From Abditibacteriaceae bacterium (lineage in GTDB: Bacteria > Armatimonadota > Abditibacteriia > Abditibacteriales > Abditibacteriaceae), in assembly GCA_965277285.1 (NCBI GenBank), contig OZ255721.1:1088001-1152000 (forward strand): 64,000 nt of DNA, given 5' to 3'. Positions 28,208 through 37,084 of the stretch are shown here, one piece after another. Below the pieces are notes generated by a model. The model had not been told where the DNA came from and did no database searches. It saw only the letters and a list, made by a program, of their open reading frames with translations. A program made the translations under genes and the position numbers. Positions within the stretch are counted from its first letter, which is position 1; every line of letters starts with the position of its first letter.

Positions 28208-29377
28208 ATGAGTTCATCGTTATCCTGGACGCGCACTTTGCAACAGGCTCGACGCAGCCGCAGCGGACGTTTGCTGATGCCGATTTCAGCAAGTATTTTG
28301 TTGTTCAACGTGCTTCCCACCGGACTTGTGCCGGAAACCCTGAACCCGAGTAGCGCCGCCGAACCCACCACTTCCACCACCGCCTCCAACGCAGCCGCTT
28401 CTCAAAGCAGTTCTTCGGCTCCCGCCGTATCCGCTACCACCAACACGACGAAAGCCACAGATGCTTCGTCCCCTGTTTCAACTGTTGCGCCTTCAATTGC
28501 CACACCGTCTACTGCGACGCCGCGCGTCGGCACGCCGATTTCGGTTCGTGCCATTGTCGCGGGCAAAACGACGCGCGCTCAGGTCATTTTGACGCCGGAC
28601 GCGAACACCGTTGGCGCTGCTTTGCGTGCGATGGGCGTCACGGTCGGCAAGCTGGATCGCGTGCAGCCTTTGGCGAATGTGCGCGCTTACAACGGCATGA
28701 CGATTCGCATGACGCGCATTCGTGCTGATTTGCAGACGCGCTTTGTCACATTGGATCCCGAAACGCGTTACCTGCCGACAGCGAGCATTGAGCGCGGCGA
28801 AGTGCAGCGCATCCAAGTCGGCTTGCCTGGGCAACGCGCGATTGTCGAACGCGTTTGGTCGCGCGACGGCAAAATCTCGCAGCGCGAAATGGTTTCGCAA
28901 AACGTGAAAACTCTGCCTCGCCCAACTGTCATCGCTCTGGGAACACGCGCGCGCTATTTGCCGAACAGCATTCCTTACCACAATCGTTATGCGCAGGCTT
29001 ATCGCCTGGCGGCTCGTGGCGGTTCGCCTTTGGATCGCCTAAACGCGCGTTCGAGTACTCGAACGCCGACTTTCAGCGGTTCGTTGCGCGCCGTTCGCTC
29101 AATTGACCTTGTGGCAACGGGTTACAGCGGCGATCCGCGCGAAAACGGTGGTTCGACGCGCACTGCGACCGGTTTGCCGATTGGTTATGGCGCGGCAGCC
29201 GTTGACCCGCGCCTGATTCCTCTGGGCACCAAGTTGTATGTCGAAGGTTACGGCTACGCATTTGCGTGCGATACCGGCGGCGCCATCAAAGGTCATCGTA
29301 TCGACCTGGCGTATGATTCATATTACATCGCTAACACCAAAGGCCGCAAACACGTTCGCGCCTGGATTTTGCAGTAA
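28208..29377 (+). CDS. DUF348/G5/3D-domain cell-wall protein (YabE-like)
   Basis: ATGY, AVDPRLIPLGTKLYVEGYG, DTGGAIKGHRIDL. Confidence 0.9.
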   Translation: MSSSLSWTRTLQQARRSRSGRLLMPISASILLFNVLPTGLVPETLNPSSAAEPTTSTTASNAAASQSSSSAPAVSATTNTTKATDASSPVSTVAPSIATPSTATPRVGTPISVRAIVAGKTTRAQVILTPDANTVGAALRAMGVTVGKLDRVQPLANVRAYNGMTIRMTRIRADLQTRFVTLDPETRYLPTASIERGEVQRIQVGLPGQRAIVERVWSRDGKISQREMVSQNVKTLPRPTVIALGTRARYLPNSIPYHNRYAQAYRLAARGGSPLDRLNARSSTRTPTFSGSLRAVRSIDLVATGYSGDPRENGGSTRTATGLPIGYGAAAVDPRLIPLGTKLYVEGYGYAFACDTGGAIKGHRIDLAYDSYYIANTKGRKHVRAWILQ

Positions 29378-29392
29378 ATTTTTTGGCGAAGG

Positions 29393-29430
29393 AAAACCTC
29401 CAGAGATTGTTCTGGAGGTTTTTTGTTTTT
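29393..29430 (+). terminator. Intrinsic terminator
   Basis: aaaacctccaga-gattgt-tctggaggtttt followed by a T-run. Confidence 0.8.
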
Positions 29431-29489
29431 GGCATTTTTCATGTTGGTGTTTGTGCGATAATTAAGCGCAGAAACATGAGGAGACACCA

Positions 29490-30635
29490 ATGAGTACGCG
29501 AAAAGTCACCGCACTTTTAGTTTTAGCCGCCGCACTTGTCGGCGCCAACGCATTGAGCATCAACGCCGCGCGCGCTGACGTGACATGGGAACATATCGGA
29601 ACGCTGCAAACTTCGATGAACCCGAAAAAGCCGCTGCTTCAAGTCAAGATGTACAACACATGGACGGCGCAGCGTCATCGCCTGCTGCTGAACTATGCGG
29701 TCGCGCCTTCGATTGCCGGAAGAGCCGGAGAAATGCGCGACAGTTTGCCATCCATGCCGTCGATTCCCGCGCTGGCCGCCATGCCGTCCGATGGTTCGGT
29801 CAAACCCTTCGGTTCGATTGGTTTCGTGCAGCGTTTGGACGACGACCGCGTAATCGCTTATGAATCGCAGAGCCAGCGTTTCATCAGCGAGCCGCGCCTG
29901 GCATTGATGAAACGCTTGCGCTTCAATCCGTGGAAGAAACTGGCGCCGGAACTGGCCAACGAAGCGCCGCCGTCCTTGACCGATGAACAACGCACGCGCT
30001 TAAAAGCCGAAAGCGGCGCAATCCTGGCGCCGATTCGCAGTCGCATGGCCAAAACGTTTTTCCGCGCTTTGCCTGGGCAAAAGAACTTTTTCGGCTTAAT
30101 TGGAAACGGTTACCGCCTGACGCAATTGTTGAACGTTGGCGGCATGCACAAAAACCAATCGTGGATTCGCGTTTCAACGGAATGGTGGATCGCGCCCGAA
30201 GACGCCAGTGACGCCGACATCAACACCTTCCAGGCGCAGACGAAAAAAGACCGCGCTGATCTGGGCGGATTGACCAACTCGATGTGGCTCAACGAATACA
30301 TCGCATTGGCCGCGATTCCCAGCGACCCGATTTTGCGCGCCGCCTGGAACTCGTTGCAAATTCCCGCTGATGCGCCCGCCGGTGCGTTTCGTGGCACGCC
30401 GCTTTTAGTGATGACCAACATCACTCTACCGCCGCTGCAACGCGCGCGCTTCGGCGATGTTTTGTTCACTATGCGCTTGTCGCAGCGCAACACCGATCCA
30501 CTGGCGAACACGGTTTTCGATGTGCCGCAAGGTTACAAATCGTATGACATTCAACCCGCGTTGAAAAAACTCGATCCCGTTCTCGATGGCTCGGCGTGGA
30601 TTTCGCTGTGGGATTACGCGTTCAAAAACCAATAA
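29490..30635 (+). CDS. Secreted hypothetical protein
   Basis: GAGGAG RBS, signal peptide, ends FDVPQGYK. Confidence 0.7.
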   Translation: MSTRKVTALLVLAAALVGANALSINAARADVTWEHIGTLQTSMNPKKPLLQVKMYNTWTAQRHRLLLNYAVAPSIAGRAGEMRDSLPSMPSIPALAAMPSDGSVKPFGSIGFVQRLDDDRVIAYESQSQRFISEPRLALMKRLRFNPWKKLAPELANEAPPSLTDEQRTRLKAESGAILAPIRSRMAKTFFRALPGQKNFFGLIGNGYRLTQLLNVGGMHKNQSWIRVSTEWWIAPEDASDADINTFQAQTKKDRADLGGLTNSMWLNEYIALAAIPSDPILRAAWNSLQIPADAPAGAFRGTPLLVMTNITLPPLQRARFGDVLFTMRLSQRNTDPLANTVFDVPQGYKSYDIQPALKKLDPVLDGSAWISLWDYAFKNQ

Positions 30636-30647
30636 AATTCACTTCGT

Positions 30648-30720
30648 AACAACGAACCCGAAGCGTAAGCGCGGGAGATAGTACATTTATCTCCCGCGCT
30701 TATGCTTCGGGTTCGTTGTT
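30648..30720. repeat. REP-like inverted repeat, family A copy 1
   Basis: aacgaacccgaagcgtaagcg...cgcttatgcttcgggttcgtt. Confidence 0.85.
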
Positions 30721-30741
30721 TTATTGAATCGAGTACTCGAT

Positions 30742-32037
30742 TTAGCTCATGTGTTCGATAATGTTGTCGCCGAACTCGGAACATTTGATTTCGGTTGCGC
30801 CTTCCATCTGGCGCGCGAAATCATAGGTCACGCGCTTGGAGGCAATAGCGCCGTCTAAGCCTTTCAGTATTAAATCGGCAGCTTCGTTCCAGCCCATGTA
30901 GCGCAGCATCATTTCGCCGCTGAGAACAACCGAGCCTGGATTGACACGATCCAAACCAGCGTATTTGGGCGCCGTTCCATGCGTCGCCTCGAAGATCGCG
31001 TGGCCCGTCACGTAGTTGATGTTGCCGCCCGGTGCGATGCCGATGCCACCGACTTGCGCCGCCAAAGCATCGCTCAGATAATCGCCGTTCAGGTTGAGCG
31101 TCGCAATCACATCGAAGTCTTCGGGGCGCGTCAAAACCTGCTGCAAAGTGATGTCGGCAATCGCGTCTTTGATGACGATTCCGGCGCCGTCGCGTCCTTC
31201 AGGAATCTTGCACCACGGGCCGCCGTCAATTTCGACCGCGCCAAAAGCGTCTTTGGCCAATTGATAACCCCAGTCGCGGAAAGCGCCTTCGGTGTATTTC
31301 ATGATGTTGCCCTTATGGACAAGCGTCACGCTTTTCTGCTTGTTCTTGATCGCGTACTCGATGGCCGCATAAACCAAACGCTGCGTGCCCAACTTGGAAA
31401 CCGGTTTGATGCCGATGCCGACTTCGACTGGCAATTCGTCCGGACCCGAAGGCATCGCGCGTTTGGCAAACTCGGTCGTCGCTTCTGGTGTGCCGAAACG
31501 AATTTTCTTGAAGTCGTTGGGCATTTCGGTCTGGATGAAGTTCAAAACCTTGAGCGCCGCTTCACTGCCCGCCTCGAAGTCGATGCCCGCGTAAATGTCT
31601 TCGGTGTTCTCGCGGAAGATCACCATATCGACTTTTTCTGGGTGCTTGACCGGACTCGGCGTACCTTGAAAATAATGTACTGGACGCAAGCACACATAAA
31701 GGTCGAGCATTTGGCGTAACGCGACGTTCAAGCTGCGAATGCCGCCGCCGACCGGCGTTGTCAGCGGCCCTTTGATGCCAACCAGGTACTCATCAAAGGC
31801 CGCGACTGTTTCATCGGGCAGCCAGTTATTGAACTTCTGAAAAGCGTCTTCGCCCGCGAAAACTTCTTTCCACTCGATCTTCTTTTGTCCGCCGTAAGCC
31901 TTCTCAACTGCCGCATCAAAGACGCGCACGCTGGATGCCCAAATGTCGGGACCGGTGCCATCGCCGCGGATAAAGGGAATCGTCGGGTTGTTGGGAACTT
32001 GCAACTGTCCGTCTTGAATGGTGATTTTTTCGCTCAT
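30742..32037 (-). CDS. icd: NADP-dependent isocitrate dehydrogenase
   Basis: [46 protein letters not shown]. Confidence 0.97.
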   Translation of the reverse strand: MSEKITIQDGQLQVPNNPTIPFIRGDGTGPDIWASSVRVFDAAVEKAYGGQKKIEWKEVFAGEDAFQKFNNWLPDETVAAFDEYLVGIKGPLTTPVGGGIRSLNVALRQMLDLYVCLRPVHYFQGTPSPVKHPEKVDMVIFRENTEDIYAGIDFEAGSEAALKVLNFIQTEMPNDFKKIRFGTPEATTEFAKRAMPSGPDELPVEVGIGIKPVSKLGTQRLVYAAIEYAIKNKQKSVTLVHKGNIMKYTEGAFRDWGYQLAKDAFGAVEIDGGPWCKIPEGRDGAGIVIKDAIADITLQQVLTRPEDFDVIATLNLNGDYLSDALAAQVGGIGIAPGGNINYVTGHAIFEATHGTAPKYAGLDRVNPGSVVLSGEMMLRYMGWNEAADLILKGLDGAIASKRVTYDFARQMEGATEIKCSEFGDNIIEHMS

Positions 32038-32069
32038 AAGGCTCCTGGTTTTGTAAGAACGCTAAGAAA

Positions 32070-32170
32070 ATAGCCACAGAGAGCACAAAGAACACAAAAT
32101 CAAGAATTGAGTACTCGATACTCTTTTTTCCTTGCGCTCTCTTTGTGCCCTTTGTGTTCTCTGTGGCTAT
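32070..32170. repeat. REP-like inverted repeat (CACAGAG/CACAAAG type) with GAGTACTCG in the loop
   Basis: atagccacagagagcacaaag...ctttgtgttctctgtggctat. Confidence 0.8.
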
Positions 32171-32187
32171 CTTTTCTCGCTGTGGAT

Positions 32188-33321
32188 TTAACGTTCGTCA
32201 ATCGGTTGGTATTTCAAGCCTGTTTTGCCGACATATTCCGAATCGGGGCGGAACAGGCGATTATTGGCGTATTGTTCCAGCAAGTGCGCCGTCCAGCCGA
32301 CGACGCGTGAACAGGCGAAAATCGGCGTGAACAAATCGCGCGGAATACCCAGAACGTGATACGCCGAAGCGCTGTAAAAGTCGACGTTGGGGAAAATGCC
32401 TTTGGCGGCGACTGTCGGCTGAAAGATTTCTTCGACGCGGTGCGAAATCTGAAACCACTTCGTGTCGCCTTTGCGCTTGCCAAGCTCTTCGCTCATCTTT
32501 TCCAAAATGACGGCGCGCGGGTCTTTGGCTTTGTAAACGCGATGCCCGAAACCCATCACTTTTTTCTTCGCCGCCAGCAAATTAGTCATGTAATCGTCCA
32601 CATGACTCAAGTCGCCGATTTCCATCATCATGTTAGCGACCGCTTCGTTCGCGCCGCCATGCAACGAGCCTTTGAGCGTGCAAATCGCCGAAACCACAGC
32701 CGAATGCAAATCACTCAGCGTCGCTGCCGTGACGCGAGCAGAAAATGTGCTGGCGTTCAATTCATGGTCGGCGTGAATAATCAAGGCCGCATCAAAAGTT
32801 TTGACTGAATAATCGTCTGGCTCCTGACCATTCAGCATATACAAGAAGTTGTAGGCCAAACCTTTATCCGGCTTGGGATCAATCGGCAGACGGTCATTGC
32901 GGATGGCGTTCCACGCTGTGACAATGAGCGGCAATTGCGCAGCCAGGCGAACGGCTTTCTTGCGATTGCCCGCTTCGCTCATATCGTCGGCTTCCGCATC
33001 GAAAACACCCAGCGCCGCAACACAGATTTCGAGTACTCGCATCGGGTGCGAATCGAAGGGCAAAGCCTGCATGATGTCGAAAACGTGCGCCGGCAACACC
33101 ATCGCGGCGACCAATTGAGCACGCAATTCGTCGAGTTGAGATTGCGTCGGCAAACTGCCGTTCCAGAGTAAGTAAGAAACTTCTTCAAAACTGGAATTGT
33201 GCGCCAGATCGTCAATATCGTAGCCGCGATAAACCAACTGACCTCGCTTGCCATCAATGAAACAAATGGACGATTGGGCGACCACGACGTGTTCGAGACC
33301 GGACGGTTTTTTATCGGACAT
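32188..33321 (-). CDS. gltA: Citrate synthase
   Basis: HADHELNAST, LHGGANE, GFGHRVYK, PNVDFYS. Confidence 0.92.
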   Translation of the reverse strand: MSDKKPSGLEHVVVAQSSICFIDGKRGQLVYRGYDIDDLAHNSSFEEVSYLLWNGSLPTQSQLDELRAQLVAAMVLPAHVFDIMQALPFDSHPMRVLEICVAALGVFDAEADDMSEAGNRKKAVRLAAQLPLIVTAWNAIRNDRLPIDPKPDKGLAYNFLYMLNGQEPDDYSVKTFDAALIIHADHELNASTFSARVTAATLSDLHSAVVSAICTLKGSLHGGANEAVANMMMEIGDLSHVDDYMTNLLAAKKKVMGFGHRVYKAKDPRAVILEKMSEELGKRKGDTKWFQISHRVEEIFQPTVAAKGIFPNVDFYSASAYHVLGIPRDLFTPIFACSRVVGWTAHLLEQYANNRLFRPDSEYVGKTGLKYQPIDER

Positions 33322-33396
33322 AATTGACCTTTAAGCGTTGATTTAGATGATTCGAGTACTCGATTGCAGGGGCGCATTTCGTGCGCCCCGACGAAA

Positions 33397-34587
33397 TTAC
33401 TCGGGCAAAACCTGCAAAATGCGATTGATGCCTTCTTTGATGTTCTCCATCGAGGTGGCATACGAAAAACGAACGTGATCGGGAGCGCCGAAACCGCCGC
33501 CTGGCACGACGGCAACCTTAGCGACGCGTAACAAATAAGCGGCCAAATCGTCGGCGCTGTTGATTTGCTCGTCTTTGCCGACCATCACGCCGAACATTCC
33601 CGACACTTTAGGAAACGCATAAAAGGCGCCTTCGGGGCGAATGCAATCCCAGCCCGGAACATCGTTCAGCAATTCCCGGATCACTTTGCCGCGACGTTCA
33701 AATTCGGCCAGCATCGCGTGGTCGATTTCGCCATCGAGAGCCGCAATCGCGCCCGCTTGCGCGAAACTGGTCGGGTTCGAGGTGCTTTGAGATTGCAATT
33801 TGCTCATGGCGCCCGCCAGTTCTTTGGAAGAAGCCGTCCAGCCGATGCGCCATCCAGTCATCGCGTAAGTTTTCGAGCAGCCTTGAACGATCACGACGCG
33901 GCGCGCGAACTCTTCCGAATAGTGCGCGATGCTCCACTGCTCGTTCGGCGCGTAAACCATGTGCTCGTAAATCTCATCCGTCACGACCAGAACCTGCGGA
34001 TAATCATCGAGTACTCGACACAATTCGCGCAGCGCGTCCGGCGAATAAACCGCGCCCGTCGGGTTGCTCGGACTGTTCAAAACGACGGCTTTGACGCGCG
34101 GATGACTTTTCAAAACATCGTCCAACTGCTGCGCCGACATCTTGAAACCGGTTTCCTGCGTCGTCGACACAAAGACCGGAACGCCGTCGGCCAACAGCAC
34201 TTGATCGGGATAGGAAACCCAGTACGGCGCGGGAATCACGACTTCATCGCCCGCGTTGAGGATGCTTTGAAAAATGTTGTAAAGTGAGTGCTTGCCGCCG
34301 CACGAAACAACGATCTGATCGGGCGTATATTGCAATTTATTTTCGCGCTGGAGCTTGCGCACAATCGCTTCGCGCAATTTAGGCGAGCCAGCGGCGGCGG
34401 TATATTTGGTGTCGCCGTTTTGCAGGGCGGCAATACAAGCGTCTTTGATGTGCTGCGGCGTGTCGAAATCGGGTTCGCCGACATCGAACATGATGACATC
34501 TTCGCCAGCGGCTCTCATCGCCTTCGATTTCGCGGAAATGGCCAGCGTCGGGCTGGGCTGAATGCGGTTAATTCGTTCGGAAAGCAT
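33397..34587 (-). CDS. aspC: Class I PLP aminotransferase (aspartate aminotransferase-like)
   Basis: VGEPDFDTP, NSPSNPTG, DEIY, SKTYAMTGWRIG. Confidence 0.9.
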   Translation of the reverse strand: MLSERINRIQPSPTLAISAKSKAMRAAGEDVIMFDVGEPDFDTPQHIKDACIAALQNGDTKYTAAAGSPKLREAIVRKLQRENKLQYTPDQIVVSCGGKHSLYNIFQSILNAGDEVVIPAPYWVSYPDQVLLADGVPVFVSTTQETGFKMSAQQLDDVLKSHPRVKAVVLNSPSNPTGAVYSPDALRELCRVLDDYPQVLVVTDEIYEHMVYAPNEQWSIAHYSEEFARRVVIVQGCSKTYAMTGWRIGWTASSKELAGAMSKLQSQSTSNPTSFAQAGAIAALDGEIDHAMLAEFERRGKVIRELLNDVPGWDCIRPEGAFYAFPKVSGMFGVMVGKDEQINSADDLAAYLLRVAKVAVVPGGGFGAPDHVRFSYATSMENIKEGINRILQVLPE

Positions 34588-34718
34588 AATGTTTGGGGTT
34601 CTTTTTGTGGACGACAGGAAGAATACAACGCGGCGTATCTTACTGCGAAAACGAGGCCGTTGCAAACCGTTTGCGTGCGCTTCGAGTACCCGATTGGTGA
34701 AAATTGTAAGGGAACACA

Positions 34719-35072
34719 ATGGAAGAAGACAACAACGAAGAATCGAAAGAACAATCGCCAGCACGGGCATGGTTCGATTGGTACATTGAGCGACTTGAAG
34801 GCAACTCAATTTATGCAGAAGAAATGGACGGTATTATGTATCGTTGTCCATGTTGCGATTATCAAACGTTGGGTTCAAGAGGCAGTTACGAGATTTGTCC
34901 CGTCTGCTTTTGGGAAGATGATGGACAAGACGATCACGACGCGCATATCATTCGCGGTGGGCCAAATGCTTCTCTCAGCTTGACAGCAGCCAGAAAGAAC
35001 TACCAAAAGTTCGGCGCTTGTGACGAGCGTTCCTTGAAACACGTCCGACTACCAAAACCAAATGAAATGTAA
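34719..35072 (+). CDS. CPCC cysteine-rich protein
   Basis: CPCCDY..ICPVCFWEDDG..GPN. Confidence 0.85.
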   Translation: MEEDNNEESKEQSPARAWFDWYIERLEGNSIYAEEMDGIMYRCPCCDYQTLGSRGSYEICPVCFWEDDGQDDHDAHIIRGGPNASLSLTAARKNYQKFGACDERSLKHVRLPKPNEM

Positions 35073-35105
35073 ATTCGAGTACGCGATTTCTACCAAGGAA
35101 CAATT

Positions 35106-35360
35106 ATGAATCTGAACCGCGTGCATAAACATTCATCGAATCATCGCAACGAGATTTTGAGCAGCGAAGTTTGCGGTTGTTTTTATTGCTTGAGCATTTA
35201 TTCGCCGTCCGAAATTGAAGAATGGATTGACAACGATGAAAACCGCGTTGGCAAAACCGCGCTTTGTCCCAAATGTGGCATCGATTCGGTCATTGCTTCG
35301 ACAAATGAAATCGTTGTAACGCCTGATTTGCTTCGTGAAATGCACCAGCGCTGGTTCTGA
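35106..35360 (+). CDS. Small Cys-rich conserved protein
   Basis: CGCFYC..TALCPKCGIDSVI. Confidence 0.8.
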   Translation: MNLNRVHKHSSNHRNEILSSEVCGCFYCLSIYSPSEIEEWIDNDENRVGKTALCPKCGIDSVIASTNEIVVTPDLLREMHQRWF

Positions 35361-35622
35361 CAACTTCCGATTTATGACCGATTCTTCCATCTTTTCCGCC
35401 GACGAACAACCTGACAACCGCTTTCGAGTACTTGATCATAAGAGAATTGAAAGCGACTGTTTCGTTTTATAGAAGGAAGTTGTCGGTAAGTTGTTGCAAC
35501 GAGGTTGCCGTTAGTGAGTTTTGCCTTTATACTTCTGACTTCCTCAGGCTTTTGACCGAGCGCAAAAATCCTGATTTTCCGATTTTGGCGTTGTGTAGCG
35601 AAAGGCTATCGAAGGAATTTTC

Positions 35623-36975
35623 ATGTCTAACACTTCGTCGCAACGCGCTTATCAACGCGACGACATGGCGCTGCGGATGCGTCGTCCGCCCGAAGAATAT
35701 GTTTCGCTGCTGTCGCAAAACGAGCAAGAGTTTCGCAATTACGTTCACACCTTTGAAAATAATCCCGCCTTTGATCGCCTGATTCACGACGGCGTGGTTC
35801 ACAAGGTGCGCTTGCGCGGCAAAATTCCGCGCGGCAAATATGAAGAGTTCATGGACGCGCAGCTTTTGACGTTCCTGAAAGAATATCGCATCGAGACTTT
35901 TGAAGGCTGGGAACGCGATTTCCTGTCGCCCAACGCGCAACATCGAGTACTCGAACTGTCGCAGAAATATGAGATTCCCGCCGGAACGCTGTTGCGCCAG
36001 TTGCGCTACATTCGTTCCTCCGATCGCGGCGCGGTTCCTCTTTCGCGTATTCTCACCGAGCGCGACGGCCAAGGCGAATACGATCAGGTCGAAAGCGCGC
36101 CCGGCGGCGAAATGGTCGACCTGAGTGAAACCATTGAGTCCACGCGCGAATTCGTCGAGCGCTACAGCGTTTCCGAACAAGATTTTCTCGATCTGGTTTT
36201 GGGCGGCGAAGCGACACCAGAAGAGCTGACCGAGCGTTTCGGATGTTCTCTGCGCGAAGCCGAAGAATTGCTCGAAGCGACCGACCGCGTTTATCTGGCG
36301 CAAACTTATGAAAGCGAAGGCCGCGATACGGGCGCGCACGCTTCGCGTAGCAGTCGCATCGGTGAAGAACCGGTTGCTTTCGTTCAAGTCGTCGAAGGCC
36401 AACTGGCGATTCAATTCGATCACGATTCGATTTATGCGCAACGCTATCGCATCAAGCGCGACGCCAAAGTTGACGCTGTTTTGGCCGCCGACGCCCGCGA
36501 TTTATTGACGCGCGCGCGCTTTATCAATCAAAGGTTATCGGCTTTATCGCGCTTGATTACGACTTTGTGCGGACAACAATTGGAATATTTGGCGACCGGC
36601 GATTTGCGAAATTTGAAACCTTTGGCGCAGGCCGATCTCGCGCGCGAACTGGGCGAACATCCTTCCACGGTGTCGCGCTTGATACGTGGCAAAAGTGTTG
36701 AAACACATTGGGGTAAGATTCCGTTGCTGTTCCTTTGCCAAAGCAAAACCGATGTCGTGGCGCGCTTGATCGCCGAGTTTCCCGATTTGACCGATCAGGC
36801 TGTCGTGTCGCGCTTGCGCGAAGATTTCGATTGCCAGATCGCGCGCCGCACCGTCGCGTATCATCGTGGCAAGCGCGTGCGCCGCAACAAACGCCACAAA
36901 TCGAAAAATGATGCGCCCACACCCGAAGCGAAGGGTCAAAACGCAAAAAGTCAAACTAAGAAACGTGAACCGTAA
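35623..36975 (+). CDS. Sigma54 (RpoN)-like protein, divergent
   Basis: LKPL..DLA.ELG.H.STVSR HTH; RpoN-box-like IARRTVAYHR. Confidence 0.7.
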   Translation: MSNTSSQRAYQRDDMALRMRRPPEEYVSLLSQNEQEFRNYVHTFENNPAFDRLIHDGVVHKVRLRGKIPRGKYEEFMDAQLLTFLKEYRIETFEGWERDFLSPNAQHRVLELSQKYEIPAGTLLRQLRYIRSSDRGAVPLSRILTERDGQGEYDQVESAPGGEMVDLSETIESTREFVERYSVSEQDFLDLVLGGEATPEELTERFGCSLREAEELLEATDRVYLAQTYESEGRDTGAHASRSSRIGEEPVAFVQVVEGQLAIQFDHDSIYAQRYRIKRDAKVDAVLAADARDLLTRARFINQRLSALSRLITTLCGQQLEYLATGDLRNLKPLAQADLARELGEHPSTVSRLIRGKSVETHWGKIPLLFLCQSKTDVVARLIAEFPDLTDQAVVSRLREDFDCQIARRTVAYHRGKRVRRNKRHKSKNDAPTPEAKGQNAKSQTKKREP

Positions 36976-37084
36976 GATGGCTGGTAATGGCTCAATCGAT
37001 TTGATCTGTCTTACCACCTGGGCCACTGCCAAATTATTTTTCGATTGTTCGCTGCCGCTATTTTATGAACGTCAGGGAGAACCG

